A stretch of 64,000 bases of DNA from Eledone cirrhosa. Its lineage: Eukaryota. A model generated the notes under the pieces. That model had not been told where the DNA came from, searched no databases, and saw only the letters and a list, made by a program, of their open reading frames with translations. Position 1 is the stretch's first letter; the number at the start of each line of letters is the position of its first letter. The translations under genes and the position numbers were made by a program. The DNA is taken from positions 62,062,001 through 62,126,000 of the forward strand of contig OZ024743.1 of assembly GCA_964016885.1 (NCBI GenBank), given 5' to 3'. This document shows, one piece after another, positions 27,990-44,857 of the stretch.

Positions 27990-29560
27990 TGAAGAAAAGT
28001 TGGAGAAAAAGGACGAAAGGTGCACTTACCTTTTCGTTTCCTGGAGATCGGGTTGTTCAATCTTCATTTGGGTGCTGCTTGGGGTGTTGGGTTGGGTGGG
28101 GAAACATTTTAACAGGACGCGGTTGATGGGTTTCTGGCAGGGGTTGCCCACGTCCTGTGAAAATTTATTTTTCAGGTCATTATAGGTTTCCATAGAAACC
28201 CTTATAAGTTTAATGTGTGGAGATTCTGCCTTGATGAAAGTTTTTCCCTCCGTCTTCATCTTGGGACTTTGGGAGATGATCTCCATCAAACTCTTGTTGT
28301 TTATGTTGATATATGCGTATTGTTGTTTGTGTTTGTGTTGTGTTGTTTTAGTTTGTTGTTCGTCCGGGAGTTTTCTTTTTATGGTGGGTGCTTGTGTTTG
28401 GGGTGGTGGTGGTGTTGGTTTTGCTGGTAGGGGGATGTTTGACTGTGGTGTTGTTTGTGTTGTTGTTTGTGTCTGTGGTTGTGTTGGTGTTGGTGATTGG
28501 AGTTTTGGGGGGTTTGTGGTGTCTCTTTTTTTGTTTTTTAGATTTCCGCGGCTCTCCCTCTTCATCACTTAAAGAAGGAGAAACAGCTTCATCCGTCGAT
28601 GAATAATCATCGTCAGGAGTGTGGGGTAGGGGTATGTTGTGTGGTGGTGGTGTTTCGGTGTGTGTGTGTGTGGTAGTGTTTGATGGAGTGGGATGGGTGG
28701 GGCTGTGTTCTTCAGGGGTGTTGTCTCTGTTTTTTCTGTTGTTGGTTGAGTGGCTGTTTGTTTTGGTGTGGTTGCTCGTTTCGTCTGTCGTTGTACTTTT
28801 AGTGGTGGTGGTTGTTTTGGTGTTGTTGTTGGTAATGGTGTTTTTTTAATGATGTTGTTGTGATGTGTTTGTGAAGGACATGAGGCTTTTAGGTGTGATT
28901 TGCTACCACAGCGAAAGCAATGAAATTTTCATCCTTCTACCGAAATGTTTATTTTGCTGTTGTCATCGATGACGACATTTTCGAGTATTTGGGAGATTCT
29001 CTCCGGCCTCATTTGCAACAGAATCTTCAAATCAGTACCCGCCCACCTTGGTCGAATAGACTTTCGTATCGAAAGAATCATGTCAGTTTCTGGCTCTACG
29101 AAGCCACCCAAGATCCACCAGATGTTAATGTTTGGTGATATATTTTTTATTTTTTATTATTTGTGTCCTTTTTCCCATGTATGTAGGGAAAAAGTTGAAT
29201 GATTTGACACTATTGGTGTCACAGAATGTTTTTGGGTGAGTGCCTCGCTTTTAAACAGTACGGAAACACTTCCGTACTGTTTTCCTCGTTGGAGAAATTC
29301 GATATTTGCTAGAATTTCCTTCAAGGTATCTTCTATATCTCCTTGACTAACAAATACCGGCTTTCTCGTGGTATTGGATACAGTCCTAAAGGTCACTGTT
29401 CTTCGAACTGTGTCTTCTTTTATTTCAAGGGGTGAGTTAATTCTAAACCCACCCTTCTCTTCGAAAGTTACAAATTTTGCATTGGAGATGTCAATATTTA
29501 TAAAATCTTGTTTTTTGTTCACTGTTTCAGCGAAAGACATTTTTTTTTGTGTGGTGTTGC

Positions 29561-29597
<37 letters not shown>

Positions 29598-29915
29598 ATC
29601 GTTGTTAGCCTCGGTGTTGGAAATCTCAGTTCCTTGACGAGGTGAAACTTTATGTGTAGATGTATCTGTGGAGTTGTTGATGTTGTTTTTTTCATGTGTA
29701 TGTATGTTAATGGGCTTAATTCCTGTGTTTTCATTTTTCTCTGCTTCGACGGTAGAAATTGTACAATCTTCAAGTGGCAATATTTTTTTCCCTTTGTTGA
29801 CAGTCGTATCTATGGCGACGTCCATAGTAGCAGAAGCAGATATAACGTTAAAATCTGCCTCTTTCTCTCTCTTTTCTCTGTAGACGTTCTCCAGCGTTTC
29901 TTTCGTGTTATTCAT
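27990..29915 (-). pseudogene. Disrupted ORF1 (gag-like, CCHC) of the Tx1-like element
   Basis: Fragments 29915-29157, 29111-28929 and 28568-28026; knuckle at about 28876-28918; poly-N and T/P/Q-rich linkers. Confidence 0.75.
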
Positions 29916-30128
29916 GTTTTATAGTTGGCAAAATTTGATATTTTAAAACAATTTCTTAAATTAAATGTTCGCCCCTAAAGGGGCGAAAAATGGGATTACC
30001 ACCCAGCTGACAATTCAGCTTGGGGGTTAATCTACAAAATAATATGTTTTTCGTATATAAATTGTTCTGTTTTTCGTATATAAATTTACAAAAAGTCTTA
30101 CCGTCGTTTTTCCACGCGTCAGGCAGAG

Positions 30129-30192
<64 letters not shown>

Positions 30193-30624
30193 TGAATACT
30201 GCATTTCAAGGTAGACTCAAATTTTTTGAAAGAATCCCTATGTTGTGTGAACAATCTCTGACAAATGCAATGAGGAACCTTTTATATCTACAACATTTTA
30301 ATCCTTTTCTTTCAAGAACCAAATATGTTTTGAAAATGATGTCTCTTCTTATATGTATTACTGACATAGTTTAATATGTTACGTACAATAGATTTAAAAT
30401 GAGTTCGTTCCGAGTCCTATATATGATGACCGTATTTACTCATAGCAGGGTCACTAGGTATTCAGATACTTCGGTCTCCCTGTTCCTGTTCAATGTCACA
30501 TCCCGCTACAGCAAAAACATTGTCAGACCATAGTTCATAGGCTTCAGTCATGTCAGCTTTAAGAATAATAAAGCCTTGCTATATAACTTTATTTCAATTA
30601 CTGATTGTTTTTCACAGTAATACA

Positions 30625-30820
30625 ACTGTTTGGAAGCCCGTCGGATGGACTTTAGCTGTAATTCAAAAGTCCAGTCACACACCATGTTGCTGAATCTCCC
30701 TAAGAGTTGCGTAAAGGATACACCTGTCTGTAGAATTCGCAGCCACTTACACGTTAATTTCTCGAGCAGACTATCTATACAACTAGAGCCCTCATCGTCG
30801 AAACGGGCGGAGGTCCATTC
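30625..30820 (+). mobile_element. Cephalopod SINE 3' domain
   Basis: Homologous to 38918-39110 (GGAAGCCCGTCG...CTGAATCTCCC..CAACTAGA..TCGAAAC..CGGAGGT). Confidence 0.55.
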
Positions 30821-31099
30821 CATAAACGAGTTTATGTCACTTATTGTCAATGGTGGGGGAATATTTATTAAACCAAAGTTAGAAAATTTTAGTTTTCACA
30901 TTCCTTTCTCTGTGACAGGTTAACGTAGTAGATTGAATTTATGTTTCTGTCTGTTTGTTAAAATGGAGTTTCGGTAGAAATTCGCTTTTGTCGTCATAAC
31001 CTGTGACACTTTATTATTATTTTTATTAGAGAAAAGCAATGAAGAATGACATGATGCTGAATGAAAACAAAAGCAACATATACATACACACACACACCG

Positions 31100-31680
31100 A
31101 CCATTATTAAATATGGAATGATACGCGATGGGGCCCCGCCACAGCCCCGGCGGTCAGAATGGAGAAGGCGTTTCCCCGGAGGACAGCAAGGGAGACGCAC
31201 TGGAAAAGCTACTCCAACTCGCGGGGCTCACACCTGTGGTTGGCCAGCTCAGCGTCTATGGTGGGCCAGCTCAGCGCCTATGGTGGTGAGTAGGGAGGTA
31301 GCCCTAGAGCCAAGGACACCAGAAGTCTCCACTGCCAGGGGTAGAACCGCAAACCTGTCGAAGAGCGACCGGTATTTGAGGAGTTTAGCCTCCTCAGCCC
31401 GACGGGCAGCAGAACCCGGGTTAATCGCAGACTGCACCAGGTTGCGGCTGCAGAAAGTGTCGGTGCAGGTGGCATCCCAGACGAGAGGTTTTACCACCGC
31501 GGAACGGGGGGATGGTCATGCCATCTGGCCTTTTGCCGTCCTCTCGGTCCAGCCCCACGGGCTTGAGCTGGAAAGGGAAGCGTTCAGCGTCCAAGCCACG
31601 CTTTATGACCTCGTTGAGAGCAGCATGGCATGGAAGACGGTCGGCACTGTGGCGACAGGAAAGTGGGTGGAGGCCGAATA
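31100..31680 (-). mobile_element. CRE-clade non-LTR retrotransposon 3' end (RLE domain)
   Basis: HPLSCR..CHAALNEVIKRGL..DGKRPDGMT..LVWDATCTDT..AEEAKLLKY..PLAVETSGVLG..SLAVLRGNA. Confidence 0.88.
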
Positions 31681-31684
31681 CATA

Positions 31685-32200
31685 TATCTGTGTTTTAATG
31701 TAATGTAGATCTGTGGTTTTCAATGCCGTTGTTGAGCTGTGGTTTAAGACGCCGTTGAAGTAGATCTGAGGTTTAAAATATCTTTGTAGTAAATCTGTGT
31801 TTTAAAGTATTGTTGTAGATCTGTGTTTTAAGATACCGTGTCATATTTTTATTAAGGTTTCGTTGTTAGACATGTGTTATAAATTATGTTGTGTTTTAAA
31901 GTAACATTATAGAGTCGTATTTTAAGATATATTTTTAGATTTGTGTTTTACGGTGTTATTGTAGTTGTATGCTTTAAGGTGTCTTTGTCAGGCGTGTTTT
32001 AACATGCTTTTATATTTCTATAATTTCAAATACCACTGTAAGTATGTGTTGTAAAGTATCGCTCCAGGTTTACTTTAAACTCGTTATAAATATCTGTTTT
32101 AAGGGGCCGCTATGCATCTGTTTTAGAACTAGCCATTGTATATCTGAATCAAAAGTTTCTTTAGCCAACATGTTTTAGATAGCTGGTAGATTATTTTAGT
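31685..32200. repeat. Degenerate ~30-bp minisatellite
   Basis: Recurring GTAGATCTGTGTTTTAA-like unit. Confidence 0.6.
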
Positions 32201-32501
32201 ATGTATTCACATATGCTAGCTGCCCGGGTGGTTTAGAGTATAGTTTACAAGAGGTTTCTTCGCCATGGGGTTACAAATCTGAGCTGTCTTAGGATATATG
32301 CACAAAGTGAAATAAACGAAGTCTAATCCGTGTAAATATTGTTTCAACGAAACAATATTTATACGGAGAAGACTTCAAATATTAAACTATATCTGTATAT
32401 ATCCCTTAACATATCCAACTTCTGACCGTTATTATTATATATGTCTGTGAACGATTCTCTGTATGCAGACATTTCTGATCAATAGGTGTTAGGGGCATGT
32501 T

Positions 32502-32536
<35 letters not shown>

Positions 32537-32897
32537 TTATATATATATACATATTTGAGTGTATGTGTGTGTGAACGAAAGCCTCTCAGGTCGAGAGTTT
32601 CTGAGTTAGCCCGATCAACACACAGTATACACGAAATAAGTTCGTTGTTTCAGAGTGAGTGTGAACGTGTGGAATTCGGACAGAGGATAACAACAATAAA
32701 TTGCCAGGAAAAAGCATATTTACCTGAAACTATTGTAGAAGATTCTTATCCAAGATGCTACGCAAGGGGACTGAACCTAAAACCACGTGGCTACGATGCG
32801 AACTCTTTAACCACTGAGCTATGCCTGCGACTGTATGAATTGAGTACGCTCATTTTCCTTATGACAATACTTGCAACTCATTATATATACATATATA

Positions 32898-33031
<134 letters not shown>

Positions 33032-33060
33032 AAGAACAGCGATTCTTTCAATTACAGATT

Positions 33061-33114
<54 letters not shown>

Positions 33115-33283
33115 CCTTATCGAGCCCTCTTGTGATATAGATATATATACACACACGCATATATATTTAGTTTTCTGGACGGTCAGACGTAACTCGCTCG
33201 GTATGTAAATGAGCTACTCAGCCTATGTGTACTTAAGAAAATACTATATATTTTCAATTGCTAAACAGATTTGCAGAGTTATA

Positions 33284-33324
33284 CAGTCCTGGTGAAGAGT
33301 AATGACCCAGAAACATGTTGATTG
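33284..33324 (+). ncRNA. Degenerate minimal hammerhead ribozyme
   Basis: CAGTC-CTGGTGA-..-GAAAC AT GTT-GATTG. The core has an A>G change and stem II is weak, so it is probably inactive. Confidence 0.5.
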
Positions 33325-33451
33325 TTCCTCAATACCAGTGATGAACAAAGGGATGACCATTCGTCATCGACACGGCACAGTTTTATTAGGCCGTTTGTTT
33401 ACAAACGAATCGAATATTATTAATGTTCGATATAACGCATACGTACATATG

Positions 33452-33483
<32 letters not shown>

Positions 33484-33525
33484 AGTGTACGTATGCATAC
33501 TTATATATATATATAAGTATGCATA

Positions 33526-33565
<40 letters not shown>

Positions 33566-34097
33566 GATAATGGCCAACACCTAATGTCTGAAATTGAATT
33601 CCACATAAAGCTAACGTTCTCACGTGACATTGCTTTATCAACTCTCTATCAGACTATGGTATCTTGAATTGAAATCTATTAGGACAGGCGAATGCCTCAT
33701 CTATTACACAGGAGCAAATGTTAGCCAGGATTTACGGTCAGATGATACGATTTATACATGCTTCTTCAACTGTGTTAGGACTGCTTAATACCACTCCTAT
33801 CCACGCATGCTTGTGATGTTAACACTTGCATCAATCCACCACCTAAGTATTTTATTTATCGACCCCGAAAAGATAAAAGACAAAGTAAGAAAATAATGCA
33901 AAATTCCATATTCCCAAATATGAATTGCAGTATTTAATTATGTATCTTTACGGTCTAGTTTCAAATTCTGGTCGGGTCAACTTTGCCCTTCATTCTTGGG
34001 GGGAGGGAGGGGGCATTCAACAGCTGCTTAATTTTATTCCACCCAACAAAATCTCTGTTCTTGTGGGTATGTTGTGCCGTAGTAAATATAACACAGC

Positions 34098-34239
34098 AAC
34101 GCGTAACAACGCATGTAATGTGGAGCAGCGAGTAAGAACGGGTAACAACGTGAGATATTGTGTAGCAACAAGTAACGCGTAACAACGTGAGACATTGTGT
34201 AGCAACAAGTAACGCGTAACAACGTGAGATATTGTATAG
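34098..34239. repeat. 37-bp minisatellite, left half (continues at 36825-36925)
   Basis: AACAACGTGAGA at 34144, 34181 and 34218. Confidence 0.9.
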
Positions 34240-36824
<2,585 letters not shown>

Positions 36825-37329
36825 TTGTATAGCAACAAGTAACGCGTAACAACGTGAGATATTGTGTAGCAACAAATAACGCGTAACAACGTGAGATATT
36901 GTGTAGCAACAAGTAACGCGAAACAACGAACAACGACACGTAGTTCTGTGCCTAAATGCGTATCAACCCACATCCAAGTTTCTAACAACCCACATCCAAG
37001 TTTCTCGTTGGTATATCTCGCAAGTTTTATTTTTTAGAATTATAAGATATTTTATTTTTAATAAATCAATTCACAGTTGTATAAATAACATTATAAATAT
37101 TGATGGTAATATGGAAGAAAAAGAAAAAGAAAAGTAAACAAACTGATAAAAACAAAACCAAGGAACGAACAGAGGGTGAAGGGGTAAAGAAGGGCAGATC
37201 TGACTGTATAGGAAAGTAGGAGAAAAGGCTATAAATGCCATAAATGAGAGAAAATGGGGGGGGGGGGGCAAGGACTATGAGGCCACGGAAGAAAGGGAGG
37301 TAGAAAGAGCGAGGGTGATAGGTTTTATG

Positions 37330-37590
37330 CCTCGGACGGGGCAGTGTTTAGGCTGTAACCTGCGGAAAAAACTGCAAAGGCATTTCCACGGACAATGGCC
37401 AGTGACACTCGCTGCAACAGCTACCCCCAGCTCGCGGGGGTTCTTTCCTCAGACGGGCTGTTGACGATCCAATTTTACGGGAAAGCTCGACAGTACGGAG
37501 TCCGAAGACGCCTAAGATCTCGACGGCGGCCGAAGAGGAAGCAGCCGGATAAGCCCGGTATTTTCTGTCTTCCTGTAATTATTGGCACTT
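37330..37590 (-). mobile_element. Second CRE-clade 3' end fragment
   Basis: Minus strand, own translation with one frameshift: KYRAY..AAVEILGVFGLRTVELSRKIG..EP / LLQRVSLAIVRGNAFAVF. Confidence 0.75.
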
Positions 37591-37889
37591 ACCCCTGATA
37601 TAATTAAGTAATTTCATCAACCCACATCAAAATAATCATAAATATCAATATTGGTATTTCTCATACATTCCCATTAATGTACTGATACATTACCATTAAC
37701 GCTAATTTTAGTGTTTTAAGTTTTATTCATAAATTTTATTCATCAGATTAATTTTTTTCTCATAAAATTATTACATTATTCCACGGTAAATGTCAATATT
37801 TATAAAATTACTAGTTATACCAACAGAAAAGAGGAAAGGTAATTTGAACAAGAAAAATTAGACACCTTGGTACCTGATGCTGTACATCA

Positions 37890-38760
37890 TGTAGTGTGTT
37901 GCTGTTTTGCAATATGCAGTATGTTGCTATGTGTTGCAATATGTTGCTATGTGTTGCAGTATGTTGCTATGTATTGCAATATGTTGCTATCTATTGCAGT
38001 ATGTTGCTATGTATTGCAGTATGTTGCTATGTATTGAAATATGTTGCACTGTATTGCAGTATGTTGCTATTTATTGTAATATGTTGCACGGTATTGCAGT
38101 ATGTTACTATGTCTTGCAATATATTGCTATGTATTGCAGTGTGTTTTTATGGGTTGCTGTGCTGGCTATATGCTGTTGTATTTTAGTATGTCGCTATTTG
38201 TTGCTGTACATTGGTACGTTTTGCTGTGTGATACTACGTTTTGCTGTACGTTGCTACGTATTTCTGTACGTTGGTACGCGTTGCTACATCATGCTGTACG
38301 TTGGTACGTGTTGCTATGTGTTGTTATGCGTTGCTACATCGGGCTGGACGTTGGTACGTGTTGCTATGCGTTGCTACATCGTGCTTGACGTTGGTACTTG
38401 TTGCTATGCGTTGCTACATCGTGTTGGACGTTGGTACGTGTTGCTATGCGTTGCTACATCGTGCTTGACGTTGGTACTTGTTGCTATGCGTTGCTACATC
38501 GTGTTGGACGTTGGTACATGTTGATATGCGTTGCTACTTCGTGCTGGACGTTGGTCCGTGTTGTTATGCGTTCCTACATCGTCCTGGACGTTGGTACATA
38601 TTGCTAATCGTTGCTACATCGTGCTGGACGTTGGTACGTGTTGCTATGCGTTGCTACATCGTGCTGGACGTTGGTATGTGTTGCTATGCGTTTCTATGCG
38701 TTGCTACATCGTGCTGGGCGTTGGTACGTGTTTCTATGTGTTACTAGATCATACTATGCG
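37890..38760. repeat. 20-bp (GTATGTTGCTATGTATTGCA) grading into 40-bp (TTGGTACGTGTTGCTATGCGTTGCTACATCGTGCTGGACG) minisatellite
   Basis: Direct reading; 10-bp sub-periodicity. Confidence 0.92.
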
Positions 38761-38777
38761 TTACTAGTGTACGTAAC

Positions 38778-39112
38778 CTGGCCAAATGGTTAAGAAGATT
38801 GCTTCCCAATCATTTGGTCCCAGGTTTGATATTATGAGGTATCTTCGGGAAGTGGCATTTATCATAGCCTAAGTTCCACCCAATCTTTCTCTGTAAAATT
38901 GGATAAATGGAAAGTGTTTGGAAGCCCGTCGTATCGACTGTACTTGTAATACATAGGGCTAGCCTTTTCACACAATATTACACTGAATCTCCCCGAGAAC
39001 TACATGTTTGTGGAGCGTTCAGCAACTTACATGGTAAAGGGTTAAGTTCACGGGCAGAATATTCTGTTGATCAAACAACTAGAACACTAATCCTCGAAAC
39101 CGACGGAGGTCT
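38778..39112 (+). mobile_element. Octopus OR-type tRNA-derived SINE
   Basis: TGGCCAAATGGTTAAGAAG.TTGCTTCCCAA.CA..TGGT.CC head and GGAAA.TG..GAAGCCCGTCGTAT. Confidence 0.65.
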
Positions 39113-39573
39113 ATTCCATTTTATATGTTTTGGTATGTGTTGTCTTATAGCTTTCTATTGTTGTATAAATGTGTGTGTGTCTGTCTGTGAGTGCATGCGT
39201 GTGCGATGTGTTTATGTTTTAGTGTGTGTGTATGTGTGTATGTCTGTATGTATGTCTGTCTGTGTCCCTTATATTTGTGCTTTCGTGTGTGTGACTATAT
39301 ATCTGTCTGTGTGCGATGCGTTTGTGTTTTCGTGTGTGTGTGTGTGTGTGTGTGTCTATATGTCTATCTGTGTGCGATGTGTATGCTTTTTGTGTGTGTG
39401 TGTATCTATATGTCTGTATGTGTGCGATGTGTTTGCTTTTGTGTGTGTGTGTCTATATGTCTGCCTGTGTGCGATGTGTTTGTGTTTTCGTGTGTGTGTG
39501 TTTGTTTCTTCGTGTGTGTGTGCGTGTGTGTTTTTGTGTGTGTGAGTGCATGTGTGTCTTGTGGTTGTGTTTT

Positions 39574-39686
<113 letters not shown>

Positions 39687-40684
39687 ATGTCTGTCTGTGT
39701 GTGAGTGACTGCGTCTGCGTTGTGTTATGTGAGTCAGTGTGCGTCGGGTCTGTGTTTTTGTGTATGGATGCAACATCACGGACCAATGATTCCGAGTAAC
39801 GTGACACACTGACTTCATCTTGAAAGACACATTCTAGCGTGACGTAGACAATTAATACAAAATGGCTTTGTTTCAAGGGAATAAGTTCAACTACGTTCCC
39901 ACACATACAAACACGCAACCTACATTCACAAACACACAGATATACAAACAAATACTTACACACGCACATACTCCCACATACATACACACAAACACACAGA
40001 TATACAAACAAATACTCTCACACACATACACTGACTCAAAAGGAACGAATATAGATATATATATATATTCGATGAAGATTACATAACAGATAAGAATGAT
40101 ATATATGTGTGTGTGAGTGTATGTATATATATGCACATGTATGTGTATGTATGTATGTATGTATGTATGTATATATATGTGTGTGTGTGTGTCTGTGTGT
40201 GTGTGTAATGTAGATGTAATGTAATTAGTTTTGAATTAGATGTCTTCATTGTGAAAAGAATGAAGTCTATAGGTCATTTAAGAAAGCCAACAGGTTCAAC
40301 CTTTGAAGATCATTTTTGCAAAAATTCTCTGTTGTTTCAGTTAAATGTAAGACAACAAGGTTTTAAAAACAAATGGAATGTCCCATTACACTTGAATTGA
40401 TTTATTGGCTTTAGTCATTAGACTGCGATCAAGCTGAGGTACTGCTTTCATTTAGTCAATCATATAGACGCCAGCACATAATTTTCGAACCTGGTACTTA
40501 TTTTATCAATCTCTATTTTGTCGAACCTCCAAGTTGCTGAGCATAAAGACAACCACAGAAGCAAACGTATATGTAGACACAGGTACAGAGTCAATACACA
40601 CACGTTCACGTGCACACACACATACACGCGTGTACATACATACATACATACATACATACATACATACATACATACATACATACA

Positions 40685-40716
<32 letters not shown>

Positions 40717-40717
40717 C

Positions 40718-43700
40718 AGTCAACGCGATCAGTCGCATATTTTGGCGTGAGAGACTATTTATTAAATTTAAGATGAATACTATCTCCGACAGTAATGCCA
40801 CAACTACAGTCATGTTGAATAACTGGTTATTCTTCTAACTATATCTTCTGAAGACACCTTTTATTCGAATTCGTAGAGATATCCGACTAAATACATAATT
40901 CATTTTACAAGGATTTGCTACAAACAGCATGGCTGAACACAACATCAACAACAAAATGAAGAAAGTATCGAAGACAAACAACAAGAAAAGTAAACAAACC
41001 TTATTCAGTTGTAGCTACAGAAGAATCCGAAATTATAAATCGCATTTCTCTTGGAGTTGCGAACTTAATAATGATTTATTTAATTGTTATAAAATGGCAA
41101 AAACCAATCCCTCCATTGGCTATATGAATAGAATGAAGCTACACTGGGACCTAATGCACCCAGAGCTAAATTATTTCACAGCGAAACAACTACGCCAACA
41201 AGCGACGTTTGTTGAACATAAAAATAAGATAAATAGTATTAATTGTAAGTCCCCCACAACAAACATGTTATCAACAACACGTGCTACACGTCGCCATGCT
41301 ACTAGACTTCCTAGCAGCCAGGTCGAACAGCGTCTTCAAACAACTATGCCTGTAAGAAACTTGACACCACCTGTACCATCTAAGTCTACCTCGAATGCTG
41401 GGGAAAACACTATCGATAATAATAATAATCGAAGAAATAATAATAATAATAATCGAAGAAATTTGACACCACGTGTACCATTCGAGTCTACCTCGACTGT
41501 TGTGGAAAATACTATCGATAATGATAATAATCAAAAGTATAAACAATTGAAAATTTCCCTCAACGAAATCTTCCAGAGAGAAATTAACTCATGTATAAAT
41601 ATCTCTCTGGCTGAACGTGTTAAAATGACAATGTTTAATAAAAACCAAATAATATGAAATAGGGGATGAATATTTACGACGGATAAAAATCCCAACATTT
41701 TGGCAAATCAACGCCTGTTTATATGCCTTAGCAACGACAGTGAAGCATTATCTTGGTGATAGCAGAGATATTAACAAGATCAGAACACCACCAAAAATAC
41801 CATCATATATAACTAAAATATAAAAAAAAAGAATTCTGACCTACGAAAAACATAGGATATGTGACAATGCTCCTTACATACAAACAAACACAAAAAACTC
41901 ACTCCTCACCAACAAAGAGTGAAAAATAAAATAGAGACGATGTTTGGTAACAGTAGAACCAGAACTCTCCAATATAAGCTGATCACCCTCAAACAAGAAT
42001 TGAGAGCTGTTAGCGAAAAACGCCGATAACTGAAGAAGGTAGATGAGAGAAAGGTGCTTAATAAAATATTCAGACGAAACCAAACATCAGTCTATAGAGA
42101 ATGAAGAACAAAATAATAAGTGTCACGGATGCCCCATCCCAGAAATATATAGATTCCTTTTGGAGCAAAATATGGGATGAAAAGAAGAATTTCAATCAAG
42201 ATGCAGTGTGGCTAAGAGAAAACCGAAAGAACTATTGCTCCTACACTACAACAAAAACATACGAAATAAGTGAGGGTACCCTTTAGACTGTGATAGGAAA
42301 ACTCCACGATAAGAAAACACCAGGAAGAGATATGATTGTCGGCTACTGGTACAAAAAACTAATATTCTATCGGAGCTATCTTACTGACCTCTACCAACAA
42401 GTTCTTAGGGGAGATACACTTATACCAGAACGGTTGACATTAGCACAAACATTACTGGTCTCCAAGAACAAAGACACCCACTGGGCAAAAAACTACCGAC
42501 CCATTGCATACCAGAACCTGATGTATAAGATGTACACAGCCTTCTTGAACCTATTTCTCCAAGATCAATGTGGAAATAATAACATCATCGTAGATGAACA
42601 AGCAGCTTGAAAGAAAGGGGTTTGGGGATGTACTGAACAACTCCTAATCAACAAAACTACGATGTCGGAGGTGCGACAACTTAGGAGGAATATGACTACA
42701 GTCTGGCTGGACTACAGGAAAACTTTCGATTCTGTTCCTCACTCTTGGATGATAGAGGCCCTCCAACTTGCTAAAGTCCCAGACATTGTTGTCAGAGCCA
42801 TAGAGAGGCTGTCTTCTTCTTGGGATACTATCCTAAGGTTAAAGACAGAGAGGGAGGACTCTATTTTCACTGATAAAATAAAATATTGCTGGGGTATATT
42901 TCAGGGGGACAGTCTCTGTGATATTATTCATCTTGTCCTTTCTGCTCAAGAAATGTGAGGGATACATCATTGGTTCACAGGAGGACAGAAATACGAACCT
43001 AACCCATAATTTACCATAATTTGTGGACGATCAGAAACTCTATGGCAAGAACATGGATGGGATGAAGAAAAATCTTGACCTGGTTACAACGTTCTCAAAG
43101 GATATAGGAATGGAGTTTGGTCAAGATAAATGCTCATACATGACTCTAAAGCGGGGAAAAACAACAACCCAATCTAGTAACATTGTCATCAATGGCCTAA
43201 CTGTTTCACCAATATCTGATGAGCACTGCTACAGATACCTGGGGATAGATGAGAACATATCCTATAATGGTATCTGTAATAAAGAACGCGTGACCAGAGA
43301 ATACTACACCCGATTAAGAAAGATCTGGTCATCGGAACTCTCTGCGCAAAACAAAACAGTGGCTCACAATATGTTTGCTGTGCCTGTCCTAACACCAACG
43401 TTTGGAATACTCAATTGGACGATAGACGAAATCCGAGCAGTTGATGTTGGAACTCGAAAAATACTAAACAACACCGGAAACTTCCACATCAACAGTGACA
43501 TAGACCGCCTTCACTTGAAACGTAAGCAGGGAGGCAGAGGCCTAACATCAGTCCAGACAACATTTGTATGTCGCATCATATCTCTCCGACAACATCTACG
43601 AACCTCGAAGCGTAGGAGCCCGTTTCTCGAACAAGTCTATCTGCATGAAACAGATAAGATCATGAGAGTTGGGAAGGAACTCCTCGAGAGATATTCCCTG

Positions 43701-44807
43701 TGTGATAATCAAAAACTCACACCCAGGGATGTCGCTCAGCAGTATCGCAGTGAATCCATGGATGAAAAACTGCATGCCTATCAGCAAAAACATGCATGAA
43801 TATGTTGCCAGGAAGCTCCAGATTGAGAGTAATATAGATAAGGAAAGTAGTCTATCTTAGACCAACAACCGCTATATTGGCTCCCACTTTGGATACGCTT
43901 TTGCAATCCAGGAACAGGAGATTAACACGAAATACCTGATTCACAAAAGAGGTAGGGATGCAGGTAAAACACCTAGATGTGATAACAAGTGCAGACTCTG
44001 CAGAACTAACATCTAGGATATCACCCATGTCATCAGCAGCTGTCCAAAGATGTCATCGTGGTACTATCTACCTATGAGGCATGATGTAGTGGACAAAACA
44101 CTGTACAATGCAGTTCGTAAAAAAAATAGCCCCGATAATAAACACATTAAAAGCTACAGCAATGTGGAAGACATCCATGTACATAATATGAAAGAGTACT
44201 GGTGGTATGTTCCAGTAAAAACCCCAACAAAATGCAGGCATAACAGACCAGATATTATGATATGGGACAGGGAGAAGTAAGCATGCACAGTAGTGGAAAT
44301 TAGCTGCCCAGCAGATGCCAATATAATATCAAAGATTAGTGAAAAGGAGAATATTTATGCAGAACTGATGAGAAATCTGCAGATACTCCACCCTGATTAC
44401 ACCTTCAGATTTATGCCTGTGATTATTGGGGCATGGGATATGTTAGTAACTGCCTCAATACAAATCTTGAGAATCTAGGCTTCACAGGAACAGAAAGAAC
44501 ACAACTAGTTAGGAAACTACAAGTACAATCCATTAATGGAACAGTAAAAATATGTAAAACATTCCAAAAATGTTGCATCTAATAACTGCATATACACATG
44601 TACAGATGCAAAGCATATACACATGCCCACATACAACTCAAAACATACATATCCACACATACAATAACATCCATATCTACACATGCATGCATACATACAT
44701 ATCTACCTAGTTGATGTTGTGTAAATTCCAATGAGAGAATCTTGTGTCTATGGTAGAAACCGACTCTCTCTATTGGTAAAAATTTGTGAAATTATAAAAC
44801 CAGAAGA
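40718..44807 (+). mobile_element. Full-length R4/Dong-like retrotransposon, copy 2, flanked by (TACA)n
   Basis: Colinear with and highly similar to 3560-7675, with the same ends. Confidence 0.92.
40929..44582 (+). pseudogene. Disrupted RT-RLE ORF of R4-like copy 2
   Basis: Fragments 40929-41657, 42101-42286, 42290-42610, 42662-42958, 43023-43799, 44050-44280 and 44293-44478. Confidence 0.9.
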
Positions 44808-44857
44808 ACATACATACATACATGCATACATACATACATACATATGAATTGTGATAA

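Larger units (their letters stand above)
24368..30125 (-). mobile_element. Full-length Tx1/L1-clade retrotransposon flanked by (GATA)n
   Basis: ORF1 has a CFRCGSKSHLKASC knuckle. ORF2 has an APE domain (GSVNVHG, GDWN, SYLDRFF, SDHK), RT (LDQSKSFDRVDH, QGYPLS, YADD) and a C-terminal CPRC..ETVLH...C. AATAAA lies near the 3' end. Confidence 0.92.

Noticed and set aside
37395-37598. GC-rich plus-strand ORF as a possible host exon
   Set aside because: Better explained as the antisense of a CRE RLE fragment.
37890-38760. Regularly spaced repeats resembling a CRISPR array
   Set aside because: Contiguous tandem units with no unique spacers, no cas genes, and a eukaryotic context.
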